IMG/VR virus record: IMGVR_UViG_3300001605_000011
Source of the DNA: an uncultured virus (IMG/VR IMGVR_UViG_3300001605_000011)
Taxonomy: Duplodnaviria > Heunggongvirae > Uroviricota > Caudoviricetes
Direction: 5' to 3' (one strand)
Length of the DNA: 54,019 bases
Shown here: in pieces, positions 26,686 through 36,300 of the stretch
Layout: every line of letters starts with the position of its first letter
How positions within the stretch are numbered: position 1 is the first letter of the stretch
Notes under the pieces: model-generated
Databases searched by the model: none
Told to the model about the DNA's origin: nothing
The model's input: only the letters and a program-made list of their open reading frames with translations
Program-made: the position numbers and the translations under genes

Positions 26686-28302
26686 TCAACAACAGCCTTG
26701 ATCACGCGATATCTTCGCCGGCGTGTCCCGCACCCCGATTAGCTTGGCCCACTCTGCCAGTCTGGGCTCTGTACCCAGCTTGCTGTAGCCTGTCTGCAGC
26801 AGCGTATGCACAAGACGTACAATTGCACCTGCTGCCAACATCTGCACGTATGTCTTACGTCGCACAGCTTCTGACGAGATCGCATTATGGCCCATGAGCG
26901 ACGCAGCGATCTCTTCGCCGATTCGCTGCACGTTGTTTTTGAGCATGCAGATCGTGTTTATCAGCAGCTCCTGCGACTCTGCCAGCACCCAATCATCTGT
27001 GTCATTGCACGTGATCAGACCTTCTCGTGACGGTACCCACTGGACGGGAGGCAACTGCTTGCTGTTGTCCAACGTATCCACGAACAGCTTCAGATGATTT
27101 ATCGACGCTGCTTCATGTGTGATCTCCCAGATACCGTTTGGACCGTTTGCCCGCAGCTTACCGTCGCTACCCTGACCAATTTCGTATTGGTAAGCGATGT
27201 TGCCAACGTAGATCATGACTTTCTCTACCGGCAGAATACAATTCTGCGGCAGTACCGTACAACCGTCCAGGCTGGTTTGCGCTAAAGCTTCAAACGCATC
27301 TATGGCTGGCTGTAGTACCTCAGACACATTAGGTTTTTCAGCCGGTTCTCCGTATTGCTTGCTTACCGTCCTGGTAAACGCATCTGGGACAATACCGATT
27401 GATGCGCGGTTGCTGCCAGACAGAATACCAATTGTGTACGTGTCCTTTTGGCTTTTGTAGCCCATGAACCACGCCGGACCGGACGAACAAGCACGTATGG
27501 CCTGCACGTTGTCGACGAAGTCACGATAGTGGCTGGCCGTATCTACCTCCTCGAGTTCGTACAGGTCTTTGTCGTCTACCAGCGGTAGACCTCGGGCGGT
27601 ACGGCTGGCGTACACATGCACGTGCGTGGCTGTGTACGGAGACCCGCTGTGCGACATGTTTCCGATAACTTCTTTGAGCTGAGTTATGCGGGTAGCAGGC
27701 GTATTTTTGGTTGCTGCAACAAGCGTTGCTGGGATGCGTACCGACAGGCCTACTGCGTTGTCCACGTCGTCTTTGTAGAACGGACCACGGACGCACGGAT
27801 AACCCTCCTCGTCGATGTACGCATGGTACGTAGCTGACCGCTTGCCGTCGTAGCTGATGACCTCGTACTGTTCGGCAACTGAGTACACGGCTTTTGCCCC
27901 GATACCCATTTGCCCTGTTTGATTGTTCTCTGTCTTCTTGTCAGAGTTGTTGAACGCAAAGTAGACGTTCAGCATCTTTTCAGGGTCAGGTATGCCCGAG
28001 GCGTAGTCCCTGAAGATGAAGTAGGGCGAGTCAATCGTAGGCGTGAACACTTCGATCAGCCCGTCGGGTTCCTCGACACGCACGTACTGGTCAGCCGCGT
28101 TTGTCAGCAGCTCTCGAAACACAGCCACCCATGGTTTTTTATACATGGACTTCGTATGCAATCTGAACGTATCTGCCGTGACGTGATACGCCGAACGCTT
28201 GCCAGCAAGCATGTCGCTGCTTGAGGATGTGCCAGGGCTTATTGGTGTGATTTGCATGTCTTTTACCTGCTGTGAGTTATCGTTCTGTCTGTACCCGCAC
28301 AC
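26686..28302 (-). CDS. rIIA-like GHKL (HATPase_c) protein
   Basis: MYKKPWVAVFRELLTNAAD, PYFIFRDYASGI, SDKKTENNQTGQMGIGAKAVYS. Confidence 0.8.
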   Translation of the reverse strand: MCGYRQNDNSQQVKDMQITPISPGTSSSSDMLAGKRSAYHVTADTFRLHTKSMYKKPWVAVFRELLTNAADQYVRVEEPDGLIEVFTPTIDSPYFIFRDYASGIPDPEKMLNVYFAFNNSDKKTENNQTGQMGIGAKAVYSVAEQYEVISYDGKRSATYHAYIDEEGYPCVRGPFYKDDVDNAVGLSVRIPATLVAATKNTPATRITQLKEVIGNMSHSGSPYTATHVHVYASRTARGLPLVDDKDLYELEEVDTASHYRDFVDNVQAIRACSSGPAWFMGYKSQKDTYTIGILSGSNRASIGIVPDAFTRTVSKQYGEPAEKPNVSEVLQPAIDAFEALAQTSLDGCTVLPQNCILPVEKVMIYVGNIAYQYEIGQGSDGKLRANGPNGIWEITHEAASINHLKLFVDTLDNSKQLPPVQWVPSREGLITCNDTDDWVLAESQELLINTICMLKNNVQRIGEEIAASLMGHNAISSEAVRRKTYVQMLAAGAIVRLVHTLLQTGYSKLGTEPRLAEWAKLIGVRDTPAKISRDQGCC

Positions 28303-28512
28303 CGCGGCTACTTTGGTTTGCGGCGTTCGCCAGCTTTTTTCATGTTTCTGAGCAACCTGCTGAAGTAGCCTGAGAACACGGAGTACGGGACTCGCGATGC
28401 CGCGGCCTGGAACGTAGATGTTCTGTAATCTACGAAGTCAGAAGACCTCTTCAGTATTTTGTGTGCTACGCGTAGTTTCATGACTGAGCCTTGTGTGAGG
28501 TGACTACTAGTT

Positions 28513-28552
28513 AAAAAAACAGCCCTACCGGCGCTTGAGCGCCGGCAGGGCT
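28513..28552 (-). terminator. Palindrome copy 8 extended into a terminator-like hairpin with a T7 tail
   Basis: Minus strand agccctgccggcgctcaagcgccggtagggct-gttttttt. Confidence 0.75.
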
Positions 28553-28579
28553 TTGAGATGACGATCGTGACGTTTGACG

Positions 28580-29020
28580 TTAGTCGATGTTCACGACCAT
28601 AACGCCATGTGCTTGCAGCTCGCCGTCACGCTGCGCACGGATGGCCCACAGTCCGGGTGCCGCAATGCGTGCCGTGCCGTGGTTTTCGCTGGTGATAACC
28701 ACGCTGCCGCCCTGCTGGATGAAGATGTAGCCGGGCACGAGCGGATGCCGCTTTTCGGCCGCCGCGACAAACGTCTGGCAGCCTTGGCAAATCACGTAGT
28801 GCGGATGCGCTGACGTGGGGCTGAGTCCTTTCGTCTCCAAGTCTGCCTGGAGTGCCGGTTCTTCCATCAAGTCGTCCGACACTTCTGGCCCGATGTACTG
28901 GAAATTCCACTCGCCGTGGGCAATGCCGTGCCCCATAGGAACTGCCGCGTTTTCCAGGTCGCACAGGACAACTTTCGACTGGTCGATCACGTTTACTTCG
29001 GTCATCAATTCTGAGTTCAT
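28580..29020 (-). CDS. Hypothetical protein of the family usually adjacent to DUF6745
   Basis: AHGE...HPH...ENHG...PGLWAIRAQRD...VNID pattern. Confidence 0.55.
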   Translation of the reverse strand: MNSELMTEVNVIDQSKVVLCDLENAAVPMGHGIAHGEWNFQYIGPEVSDDLMEEPALQADLETKGLSPTSAHPHYVICQGCQTFVAAAEKRHPLVPGYIFIQQGGSVVITSENHGTARIAAPGLWAIRAQRDGELQAHGVMVVNID

Positions 29021-29032
29021 GGTAGCTGTTCT

Positions 29033-29764
29033 CTAAAGCCTAGTGATGATACTTAATGGCGGTAACGGTACCGCCAACTCGCCTTGGCCGGTAGTATTAC
29101 CCGCCAACCATTCCTGTGCTTCTGCGCAGGTTTTCACTTTGTCACCTACAGGTAGTGTGACAACCTTACCGGTCGGGCAGTCTGCAATCAGCACTACCCT
29201 TCCGTTCTGATTGGATTTAACCAACAACTCGCCCGTGTCGTCGTTTCTGTCCAATATGGTACGGCCGTGTCTATTCAAGTACACCAGCCACCCCTCGTAC
29301 GCGATCTCACACTGCTCGGGGCTTAACAGTGATTCCACGGTCATTTGCGGCACTACGACCCGTGTCCGCCCTAGCGATAGCTGCGGTACCCTGCCCGCAG
29401 CGTCGCTGTGTCTCTCGAGCATGGTCACTGCGCGGATAACCGCAGCAGTAACACATGCGGCAGACATGCCATCCTTCATGCGACCTAGAACACCGTCCTG
29501 CAGTATTGCTGGCAGCATGCCGCCATCAAACAACAGCTTACCGGTACCCGTGTACGTAATAGGTGAGCCTTTTGCCCATGTATTACACGCCACGTCGAAC
29601 TTGGCATACTCTAGTGCCGTCTTGATGTCGCCGGCATCCACACACTTCTTGACAAGTTTGTAAAATGTGTAAGCCCGCGGCACTGTTGCTATGTCCACGC
29701 CTGTGCGTACACATATCGTTCCATCCCTTGATTTGAACCAATCACCGTCCACTGTCTGTGTCAT
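29033..29764 (-). CDS. DUF6745-like protein
   Basis: GWLVYL...ILDR...GELL...DCPTGKVVTLPV...TCAEAQEWLAG. Confidence 0.55.
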   Translation of the reverse strand: MTQTVDGDWFKSRDGTICVRTGVDIATVPRAYTFYKLVKKCVDAGDIKTALEYAKFDVACNTWAKGSPITYTGTGKLLFDGGMLPAILQDGVLGRMKDGMSAACVTAAVIRAVTMLERHSDAAGRVPQLSLGRTRVVVPQMTVESLLSPEQCEIAYEGWLVYLNRHGRTILDRNDDTGELLVKSNQNGRVVLIADCPTGKVVTLPVGDKVKTCAEAQEWLAGNTTGQGELAVPLPPLSIITRL

Positions 29765-29767
29765 CGG

Positions 29768-31543
29768 TCACCTGCTTCCTAGTTTTACACCACACTTCGT
29801 TGTACCTTCCCACAGCTTGATGGTTGCCTGCCACGACTGCACTACCAGCTCATGCGTACTGGGTCGTCTTTGCTGCAACTCTCGCTTGATCCATGTCTGT
29901 GCATCCCATAGCTCGCCAAGAGTGTGGGTCAGCATGGCGGCATAATGCTCGTCGTGCGACCCGATACCCACAGCGTGTAGGTATTCGTGTGCCGCCACGC
30001 TAAGCAACCTGGACCGGGACTTCGGTCCCACCCAGTCAAACCTAGATCGTAAAATAGATCTGTCCTCCAGGTCGCCAGCCGCGACCGGGTTGATCAGCAC
30101 GGCCGGCATTTGTGACCGTGTGTGGAACATTCCGACTGCTTCTTTTGAAAACACGAAACCGACCTGCACACGCGGCATTCCTTGGTCCATCACGCTGTGC
30201 ACCACGCTCAGGACGTTGACCCAGTCCACTAACAACGTCAATGCTGCTTTGCTCAGCTTGTGCGAGCGTACGTCGTACTTCCCAGGTACTGTGTACGGTG
30301 TCATGTTACGCATCACTAGGTGGGACGTCGCGTCGTCCGGCTGATATTTTTGCCATGTTGACGCCCTGTCCACGCCCATCACCCACGGCCTGTCTTCGGT
30401 AGACACCGGCGAGGTTGTCGGGTCTGTCGACACTACCTCTGTCGGCTCCTGGACCGTGGGCAGCTCTGTATACCGTTCCGCATGAGTTGGGGTCTTTACC
30501 TCGTCTGCAGCAGCAGCACTATCCTTCTTCTGTCGCGATGGTCTGCCCAAGTACCTATTACCAATCAAACCCATGCTCAGCGCCTTGTCACCAAGGACAA
30601 ACATCTCGTCTTTCGCTGCAGGTATCGCCTTGATAGCGTTCGTGTACAGGTCGTCAACAAAATCACGTAGCTCCGCACCATAGGGGTACTTGAGCCCGTC
30701 TCGATTGGCCGTCAGTGGAAGCTCACCCAGCGAGGATGCCTGCTTGAGCTCAACGATGACGTAGTCCTTTTTACCTGACAGCCTTTCCTGGAACATAGGT
30801 ACGCCGCGGTACCGTACAACCAACTGACCGCCGTACATGTTATCGCCGGCGTATCGCTTCACCCGCCCAAACTCTTTGTGGGACCATCGTTTGTGCGGCA
30901 ACCTGTTCTCGTATCTACGCAGCTCACCTAGACGATGCTCACCGTACGGTGCCACGTACACCGTGGTATCAAACCCTTTGCCGGCGTGCGTAGCCATCCA
31001 TCGGATCCAGCGTAGCAGCGACTCGTGCCCGTAGGCAGCAACAGTGCTGAACGCTGTAACGTGCTCCCAATTCCGTCTTACATCACACTCGTGTGTGCTC
31101 TGCATTACGGCTGTTGCCGCCAGACCCGTCTCTGCTACCAGGAACGATGGCTTGTCTGTGTAAATTCTGTAGTTACCACCAGCCCCTGCAATCAGGCAAT
31201 CGCTGCCGCGGATTGCATACTCTTCATTGGCAAAGCACAGGATGACTTTCGCCTTGCCGAACGCACCTACAGATGAGTCGTTCAGTGTTTTGCTCGACTG
31301 TCCCAGCTGCATAAACCTGTCCTGAATCTGTGCCAGGGGAAACGGTGCACCGTTGTTTGCGCAGTAGATAACGGTTCTGTCATCGTCGAGCGGTGTCAGC
31401 TCGAAGTAGATCTGTGTTGCCTTAGCGTCTGAGGCGTTCTGGCAGAACTCTCGCACTATGGCGAGTGCCGGTATTGTGTAGTCCCTAGCCTCCTTCTTGA
31501 AGAAGTCTTGGCCAATGACTACTTGCGCGTTGCTCGGTTCCAA
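29768..31543 (-). CDS. GHKL ATPase fused to a C-terminal HExxH metallopeptidase-like domain
   Basis: IVREFCQNASDA, NNGAPF, GAFGKAK; AAHEYLHAVGIGSHDEHY. Confidence 0.8.
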   Translation of the reverse strand: MEPSNAQVVIGQDFFKKEARDYTIPALAIVREFCQNASDAKATQIYFELTPLDDDRTVIYCANNGAPFPLAQIQDRFMQLGQSSKTLNDSSVGAFGKAKVILCFANEEYAIRGSDCLIAGAGGNYRIYTDKPSFLVAETGLAATAVMQSTHECDVRRNWEHVTAFSTVAAYGHESLLRWIRWMATHAGKGFDTTVYVAPYGEHRLGELRRYENRLPHKRWSHKEFGRVKRYAGDNMYGGQLVVRYRGVPMFQERLSGKKDYVIVELKQASSLGELPLTANRDGLKYPYGAELRDFVDDLYTNAIKAIPAAKDEMFVLGDKALSMGLIGNRYLGRPSRQKKDSAAAADEVKTPTHAERYTELPTVQEPTEVVSTDPTTSPVSTEDRPWVMGVDRASTWQKYQPDDATSHLVMRNMTPYTVPGKYDVRSHKLSKAALTLLVDWVNVLSVVHSVMDQGMPRVQVGFVFSKEAVGMFHTRSQMPAVLINPVAAGDLEDRSILRSRFDWVGPKSRSRLLSVAAHEYLHAVGIGSHDEHYAAMLTHTLGELWDAQTWIKRELQQRRPSTHELVVQSWQATIKLWEGTTKCGVKLGSR

Positions 31544-31569
31544 TTTGCACCTCTAGTGCCGATAGTTAA

Positions 31570-31637
31570 GAAAAACCACCCGCAGCATTAGCTTCAGGTG
31601 GTGTAATACTCTGCACGCGTTATACGCGTGCAGAGTA
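31570..31637 (-). terminator. Hairpin pair including a perfect 14-bp inverted repeat
   Basis: tactctgcacgcgt-tat-acgcgtgcagagta and accacc...ggtggt followed by a T-tract on the minus strand. Confidence 0.6.
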
Positions 31638-31647
31638 GTGGGTGGCA

Positions 31648-32115
31648 TTACTGCCCGTCTTCTTTAGCCGTCTCTACAACCTTCGCCAGTGGCGACAGGA
31701 CAAATTTTTCCGAAACGTGTCTGAGGTATCTAGGAGTCAGATCAGCAACAGCGGCATCCCAGAACGCTTTGCGGTCGCTGAAGCCCGAGACACCAAGATC
31801 GTGAGCCTCCTGGGTCTTCTTCACAATCTCAGCCTTAAGCCAAGGACGGCAGTCCTTGTAGACAATACCCCACCACGTATAGGGTAAGACAGACTCTACC
31901 CGGCTTATGGCTTCTGGGCCACCGTAAGCGTAATCCGTTAGATCCCCCGTAGGGGCGTGGCGGGTATAGCCCGGCAGCAATCTGTCGGCCTCCGCTTCTG
32001 CCGCAGCGGCCGCCGCGGAGCTGGCGGCATTACTCGCGATATACTGCACCACGCCTACCACCGCCAGTATTACCAGTACTACTACCAGCATTTCGCGAAC
32101 CGGCTTCTTATTCAT
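31648..32115 (-). CDS. Membrane-anchored hypothetical protein
   Basis: N-terminal TM segment MLVVVLVILAVVGVVQY. Confidence 0.65.
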   Translation of the reverse strand: MNKKPVREMLVVVLVILAVVGVVQYIASNAASSAAAAAAEAEADRLLPGYTRHAPTGDLTDYAYGGPEAISRVESVLPYTWWGIVYKDCRPWLKAEIVKKTQEAHDLGVSGFSDRKAFWDAAVADLTPRYLRHVSEKFVLSPLAKVVETAKEDGQ

Positions 32116-32150
32116 TTCGGTACCTTTTACCTTGTGATTGAATGTGATTG

Positions 32151-32191
32151 AAAAGAGCCCCGCAGCTCAATCACGAAAACTGCGGGGCTCT
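32151..32191 (-). terminator. Intrinsic terminator candidate
   Basis: agagccccgcag...ctgcggggctct with TTTT on the minus strand. Confidence 0.6.
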
Positions 32192-32243
32192 GGTTGGATG
32201 CATGTTTAACGTCATGCCTGACGCGTAGCATAATCGTCTACAG

Positions 32244-32276
32244 TTACATGTAGCACGTAAATGGGCTGTTATTTAG
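32244..32276 (-). promoter_or_regulatory. Bipartite motif CTAAATAACAG-N9-GTGCTACATGTAA, copy 2
   Basis: Both boxes identical to 5816..5847. Confidence 0.55.
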
Positions 32277-32310
32277 GTTACCCACGATGTGGTGCTTTCC
32301 GTATGTAAGA

Positions 32311-32336
32311 ACAGCCGGCGCTTGAGCGCCGGCTGT
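32311..32336. repeat. Dispersed palindrome copy 9 (just downstream of the RNAP gene)
   Basis: acagccggcgcttgagcgccggctgt. Confidence 0.9.
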
Positions 32337-32362
32337 CGTGTGGAAGTCAGGCGAGTACAGCA

Positions 32363-33337
32363 TTACTGCCGCTTGCGAAGTATCTTCACAGGCGTGTGTA
32401 CGTTGATATCACCACGTGCCAAAGCATTCTCTGCTTCTTCCATCGTTGCAAAAACGCGTTCACGCTGCTTGGTGCGGTTGCCCACACCTGATGCCATAGC
32501 AAGGCCAAGTAGCAAGTCCTGTGTCGGGGCAAACATAGGTGACTTGAAGTCTGACTCGCTGATCAGCAACTTGCTGGGCATCATGCGGTCGCGTATCTCG
32601 TCGATAGTTTTCTGACTGTGGGGCACGTGTACGTTGACGGTATCACCATCATTGTCTCCCCCAAATGGGGTGAAGACAACAGGGCTGAGTCGTACTGTAT
32701 TACCTTTCACCAGCACAGGGTTGAACGCCAGATCACCGTACTTGTGCAGAATTGGCGCACGTGACACGGTGACAGGTCGTACTTGCATTTCCTGGAGTAA
32801 AGCGTCACGTGCTCTGCTGTTTTTGCTCTCTGCATATTCAGCGGCAACATGGCGAGGTACACCTGATTGCACCATTCGTCGGATGATGTACGGCTCGTAC
32901 ATACGGAAGGCCATTTCTTCCGGTATGCCCGCTGTGTCCATATCGAGCTCAGTGTCGACCATGATCACACCGCGGCCAACAGTATCGACGTTACCGCTTA
33001 GCAGGCGTCGCTGCAGGATAGATGTCTTTGGTCCACCGCGACCAAGCACGTTCTGCAGAATACCCTTCACACTTCGCTGGCGTAGTTCAGGTGACGCTGG
33101 GTCCGTCAAACCCACTAACGCTTTATGTGCGTCGTACATAGCTAGCGTCTCGTCGCCAGCGTTTAGCCCGCGTTTGCTCAGCTCGCCGACATTCTCCCCA
33201 GCTAGCATCAACTCCTTGTACAAGTAATTGGCGTCGTTTACCAGCACGCCTCTCTTGCCTTGCATTTGCGCAATGGGCCTGAAGCGTGGTGGCAGCACAG
33301 GTACTTTGCTGATGAGTACTTCCTTCGGTATGTACAC
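32363..33337 (-). CDS. rpoC: RNA polymerase beta'-like catalytic segment (continuation of the fused RNAP gene)
   Basis: VPVLPPRFRP, VDTVGRGVI, SRAPILHK, FTPFGGDNDGDTVNVHVP, PTQDLLLGL. Confidence 0.92.
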   Translation of the reverse strand: MYIPKEVLISKVPVLPPRFRPIAQMQGKRGVLVNDANYLYKELMLAGENVGELSKRGLNAGDETLAMYDAHKALVGLTDPASPELRQRSVKGILQNVLGRGGPKTSILQRRLLSGNVDTVGRGVIMVDTELDMDTAGIPEEMAFRMYEPYIIRRMVQSGVPRHVAAEYAESKNSRARDALLQEMQVRPVTVSRAPILHKYGDLAFNPVLVKGNTVRLSPVVFTPFGGDNDGDTVNVHVPHSQKTIDEIRDRMMPSKLLISESDFKSPMFAPTQDLLLGLAMASGVGNRTKQRERVFATMEEAENALARGDINVHTPVKILRKRQ

Positions 33338-36300
33338 CCGATCGCTTAAAACCCTGCAGCTGCTGCATACGACGCACAGCCTTCTCTCGAGCTATCTTAC
33401 GAGAGCCACGGACATCCACACGGGCTTCCTCCAGCTCGTGGTCAACGTCTATCTCAGACAGTCGTTTCTCCAGTGCCTGGATACCTGTGCCGTACTTGCC
33501 CAGAGGCTCCTGTCCGGAGATCACCCCGCGGTACTGCTTATCTGTCAGGTCCAGTAGACGCTTGATGCTGGTTTCGAACACAGGGTTCGGAATCTTGGTA
33601 GGCAGCTCTATAACACCAAATTTATCTCCGTCCCCAAAGATAGCTGGATCCATGAGACCGCCCTTGATAGGTGCCAGGTCCTTGTACATGTCGACAGTGT
33701 CAGCCACGCGCACTACACGGCTACCGGCCAGCTTCTCCGTGTCCTTATCCGTCATGGCCATAAGCTGCACTTTCGTGCCAGACCGCACAGGATTGATGCC
33801 GGATGCCTTCAGCTTAGATATGAGCCCTTCGTACTGCTCAGACACTTGCGGCATACCTATCGCGTTCCCGGACATGAATGCTGCCCAGTAGTCATCCTGT
33901 CGCTGGCCACGAAGCAGCGTACCTTCTCGTGACGTTTCGTAAGCACCGTGTGCCAGGTGGCTGTAGAGCTGCTGCCCTGATTGCCGTTTTGCCTGTGCGT
34001 CGTCGGAGGCACCACGGGCCGGGAGATTTTCTGAATTTCCTGTCACAAGCACTTTGCCATTACGCCGGACCACTAGTAGGCCTGACGGTACAGTGGCACA
34101 GTACACGTAGCCCACGTATGGTTTTTCGTAAAACCTTGCGTTGGACCGTGGATGTTCACCGATAAAAGCGTCAGTACGCGTTAAAAACAAACCTACGGCG
34201 TATGCCGTTCGTACGTTATTTTCCTCATCGGCTACCTTACCGATGTGTATTCCACCACCTACACCTAACCGCATGGCGAGCTCTTGCACGTCATCCGCCA
34301 GCCGCTTCGACGTTGTCGTATAGCTACCGAAGGTTCTGGTACCCGTAACTTGGTAGCTACCATCGCCGGCCATCAGCGAGTCAAACAGCCTACGCCTGAC
34401 TGGTACAGACGCCTCCAGCAAAAATCGCGGGATGAACTTATTCTGACATCCCTTACCGAACTGACTTAAGTGCAAATACAACTGCTTACTGCGTATGCGG
34501 AATCCTCGCCTACCGGACTCAGGGTATTTTTTTGACGCCTTGGCTATTGAATACTTGAACGGTAGTCTGTCCAGCAACCACCGTATGCGTTTGAAGTCGT
34601 CCGGGTTTATGTGCTCGCACTGCGATATGGTCACATTCCACTCTCTCCATTTCTTGTTGTAAGTGGTTAACCCTTCGGACAAAAACCAGCCGACTAGCTC
34701 CGCATAGTCGCCTGCTTCGATGTGAACGTCTTCCGATCCCAGGCCGCCATGCTTGGGCCGCGGTACGCCAGGGATGGTGTAAAACACCGGGTTGCTTCCA
34801 GCATCTGGCAACATGCCAGCCTGTTTGGTGGCCCACCCTCGCTTTCTACTCGGCAAGTACGCTGCCTGAACGAAACGATACTGCTGGTTTGGTTGGTGCT
34901 CTTTACCTTTTCTGCGAGTGTTACGCACCCACATACGATGGTTCGGTGTCACCAGGTAGTCTATGTACCTGCCGGTAAACCCGCACAGCTTGCCCTTGTA
35001 TGCGTAACGTGCCACCGCCGTCGGTACCTCGTACACCAAGCGATTATCTGCGTCTACGCTAGCCAGTCGATCGTCGTCCTTAACCTCCGGCCAAGGCACC
35101 CAACCTCTGTCGGTCAGGGCCTCTGTCTGGTCATCGAAGCACGTGTACGCGCCGAGCCCGCGGGAGGAGACCTTAGACTCCGCTGTGTGGGACAGTGCCA
35201 TGGTGAACACTGGACCAACATTCACACCCTTGATCTTGCGTCCTGTCTTAGGATCAGTGACGTCTTCCTTGACTGGCACGCCATACTTCTCGGCTTCCTG
35301 CACTGCGTACTGCCAAGCGTCTCGGTCGTCCCTATCTTCCACGCGGTAAGCACGTCCGCGAGCCTTTGCTGCTTTGGCCAGCAGCATCTCGATAGGGAAC
35401 TCGCTGTTACCGCGGCTGGGCACTGCAAGTGGGCTGATTACCATGTCCACCCGTTCTCCGCGGGCGTCGATAGGCATCTCGGAGTCAGGCATGACAGTGA
35501 CCACGCCCTTGTTGCCAGCACGCCCACTGACCTTGGATCCAACCTCCAGTGGCGAGCTCGTGCGAACAACTACCTGTTTGCCCTGCTCGTCATTGTAGAT
35601 ATCTGTCACCACGCCATCGTGCTGGTGATCCCAGGTCAGTGACGCATCCGAGAAGTTGAGCTTGCCCTGCCTGTGTACTCGGTTACCGACTTCATTCTTC
35701 TCGCGTACGGCCAATAGCAATGGGTCACCCCGTCGCACCGTCGTACCTGGTCGGATTACACCATCGTCGTCTATGGCATCCAACTGCTTGGCATCGTAAA
35801 TGTTGCCGAAACGCACAACAAAGTCTTTCTTTCCGACTGTGTTGCCGTCCTTCTTCTCCATGCCGTACTTGTATGCCTGCTGCACACGCATAGCGTCCGC
35901 AGCAGACTGCGACACAATGATGCCGTCTTCCCAGTTGTCTCCCCACGCCATGAGGGCCGTGTTGAAGTTCTTCCCGAGCGCAGCAACACCCTCGTCGTCT
36001 GTGAAGTTGCTCTTGGCCAGTAACTGCCCAGGCGCGAACTGTTGCCCCACCTGCACCATGGGTGTGTGGTGAAACACAGATTTCCGTGCACCTGGTCTGT
36101 TGTTATCCAGGGATATCTTGTCCTGCGTTCCATCAGCATATTGCACAGTAAGCTGATCCGGAGCTGCCTTGATTACCCTGCCGCGACTCTTGGCGCGTAC
36201 GGCACCCATGATCTCGCCGGCCCTAGCCTCAAACGAGTCGTACTCTGTACCTGGCACACCTGTCTGCACCAGCGGAGCCTCGGGGTTGTCGATAGGTAAT

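Noticed and set aside
26445..26705. Separate small gene between the rIIA-like ORFs
   Set aside because: It overlaps both neighbours in different frames and is better explained as the middle of one long gene with two indels
33320..33345. Programmed +1 frameshift or genuine gene split within beta'
   Set aside because: Homology (SGxxP.....VPVLPP) runs straight across, there is no slippery sequence, and the contig has Ns and other likely indels (e.g. the A-run near 10240). A sequencing error is more likely
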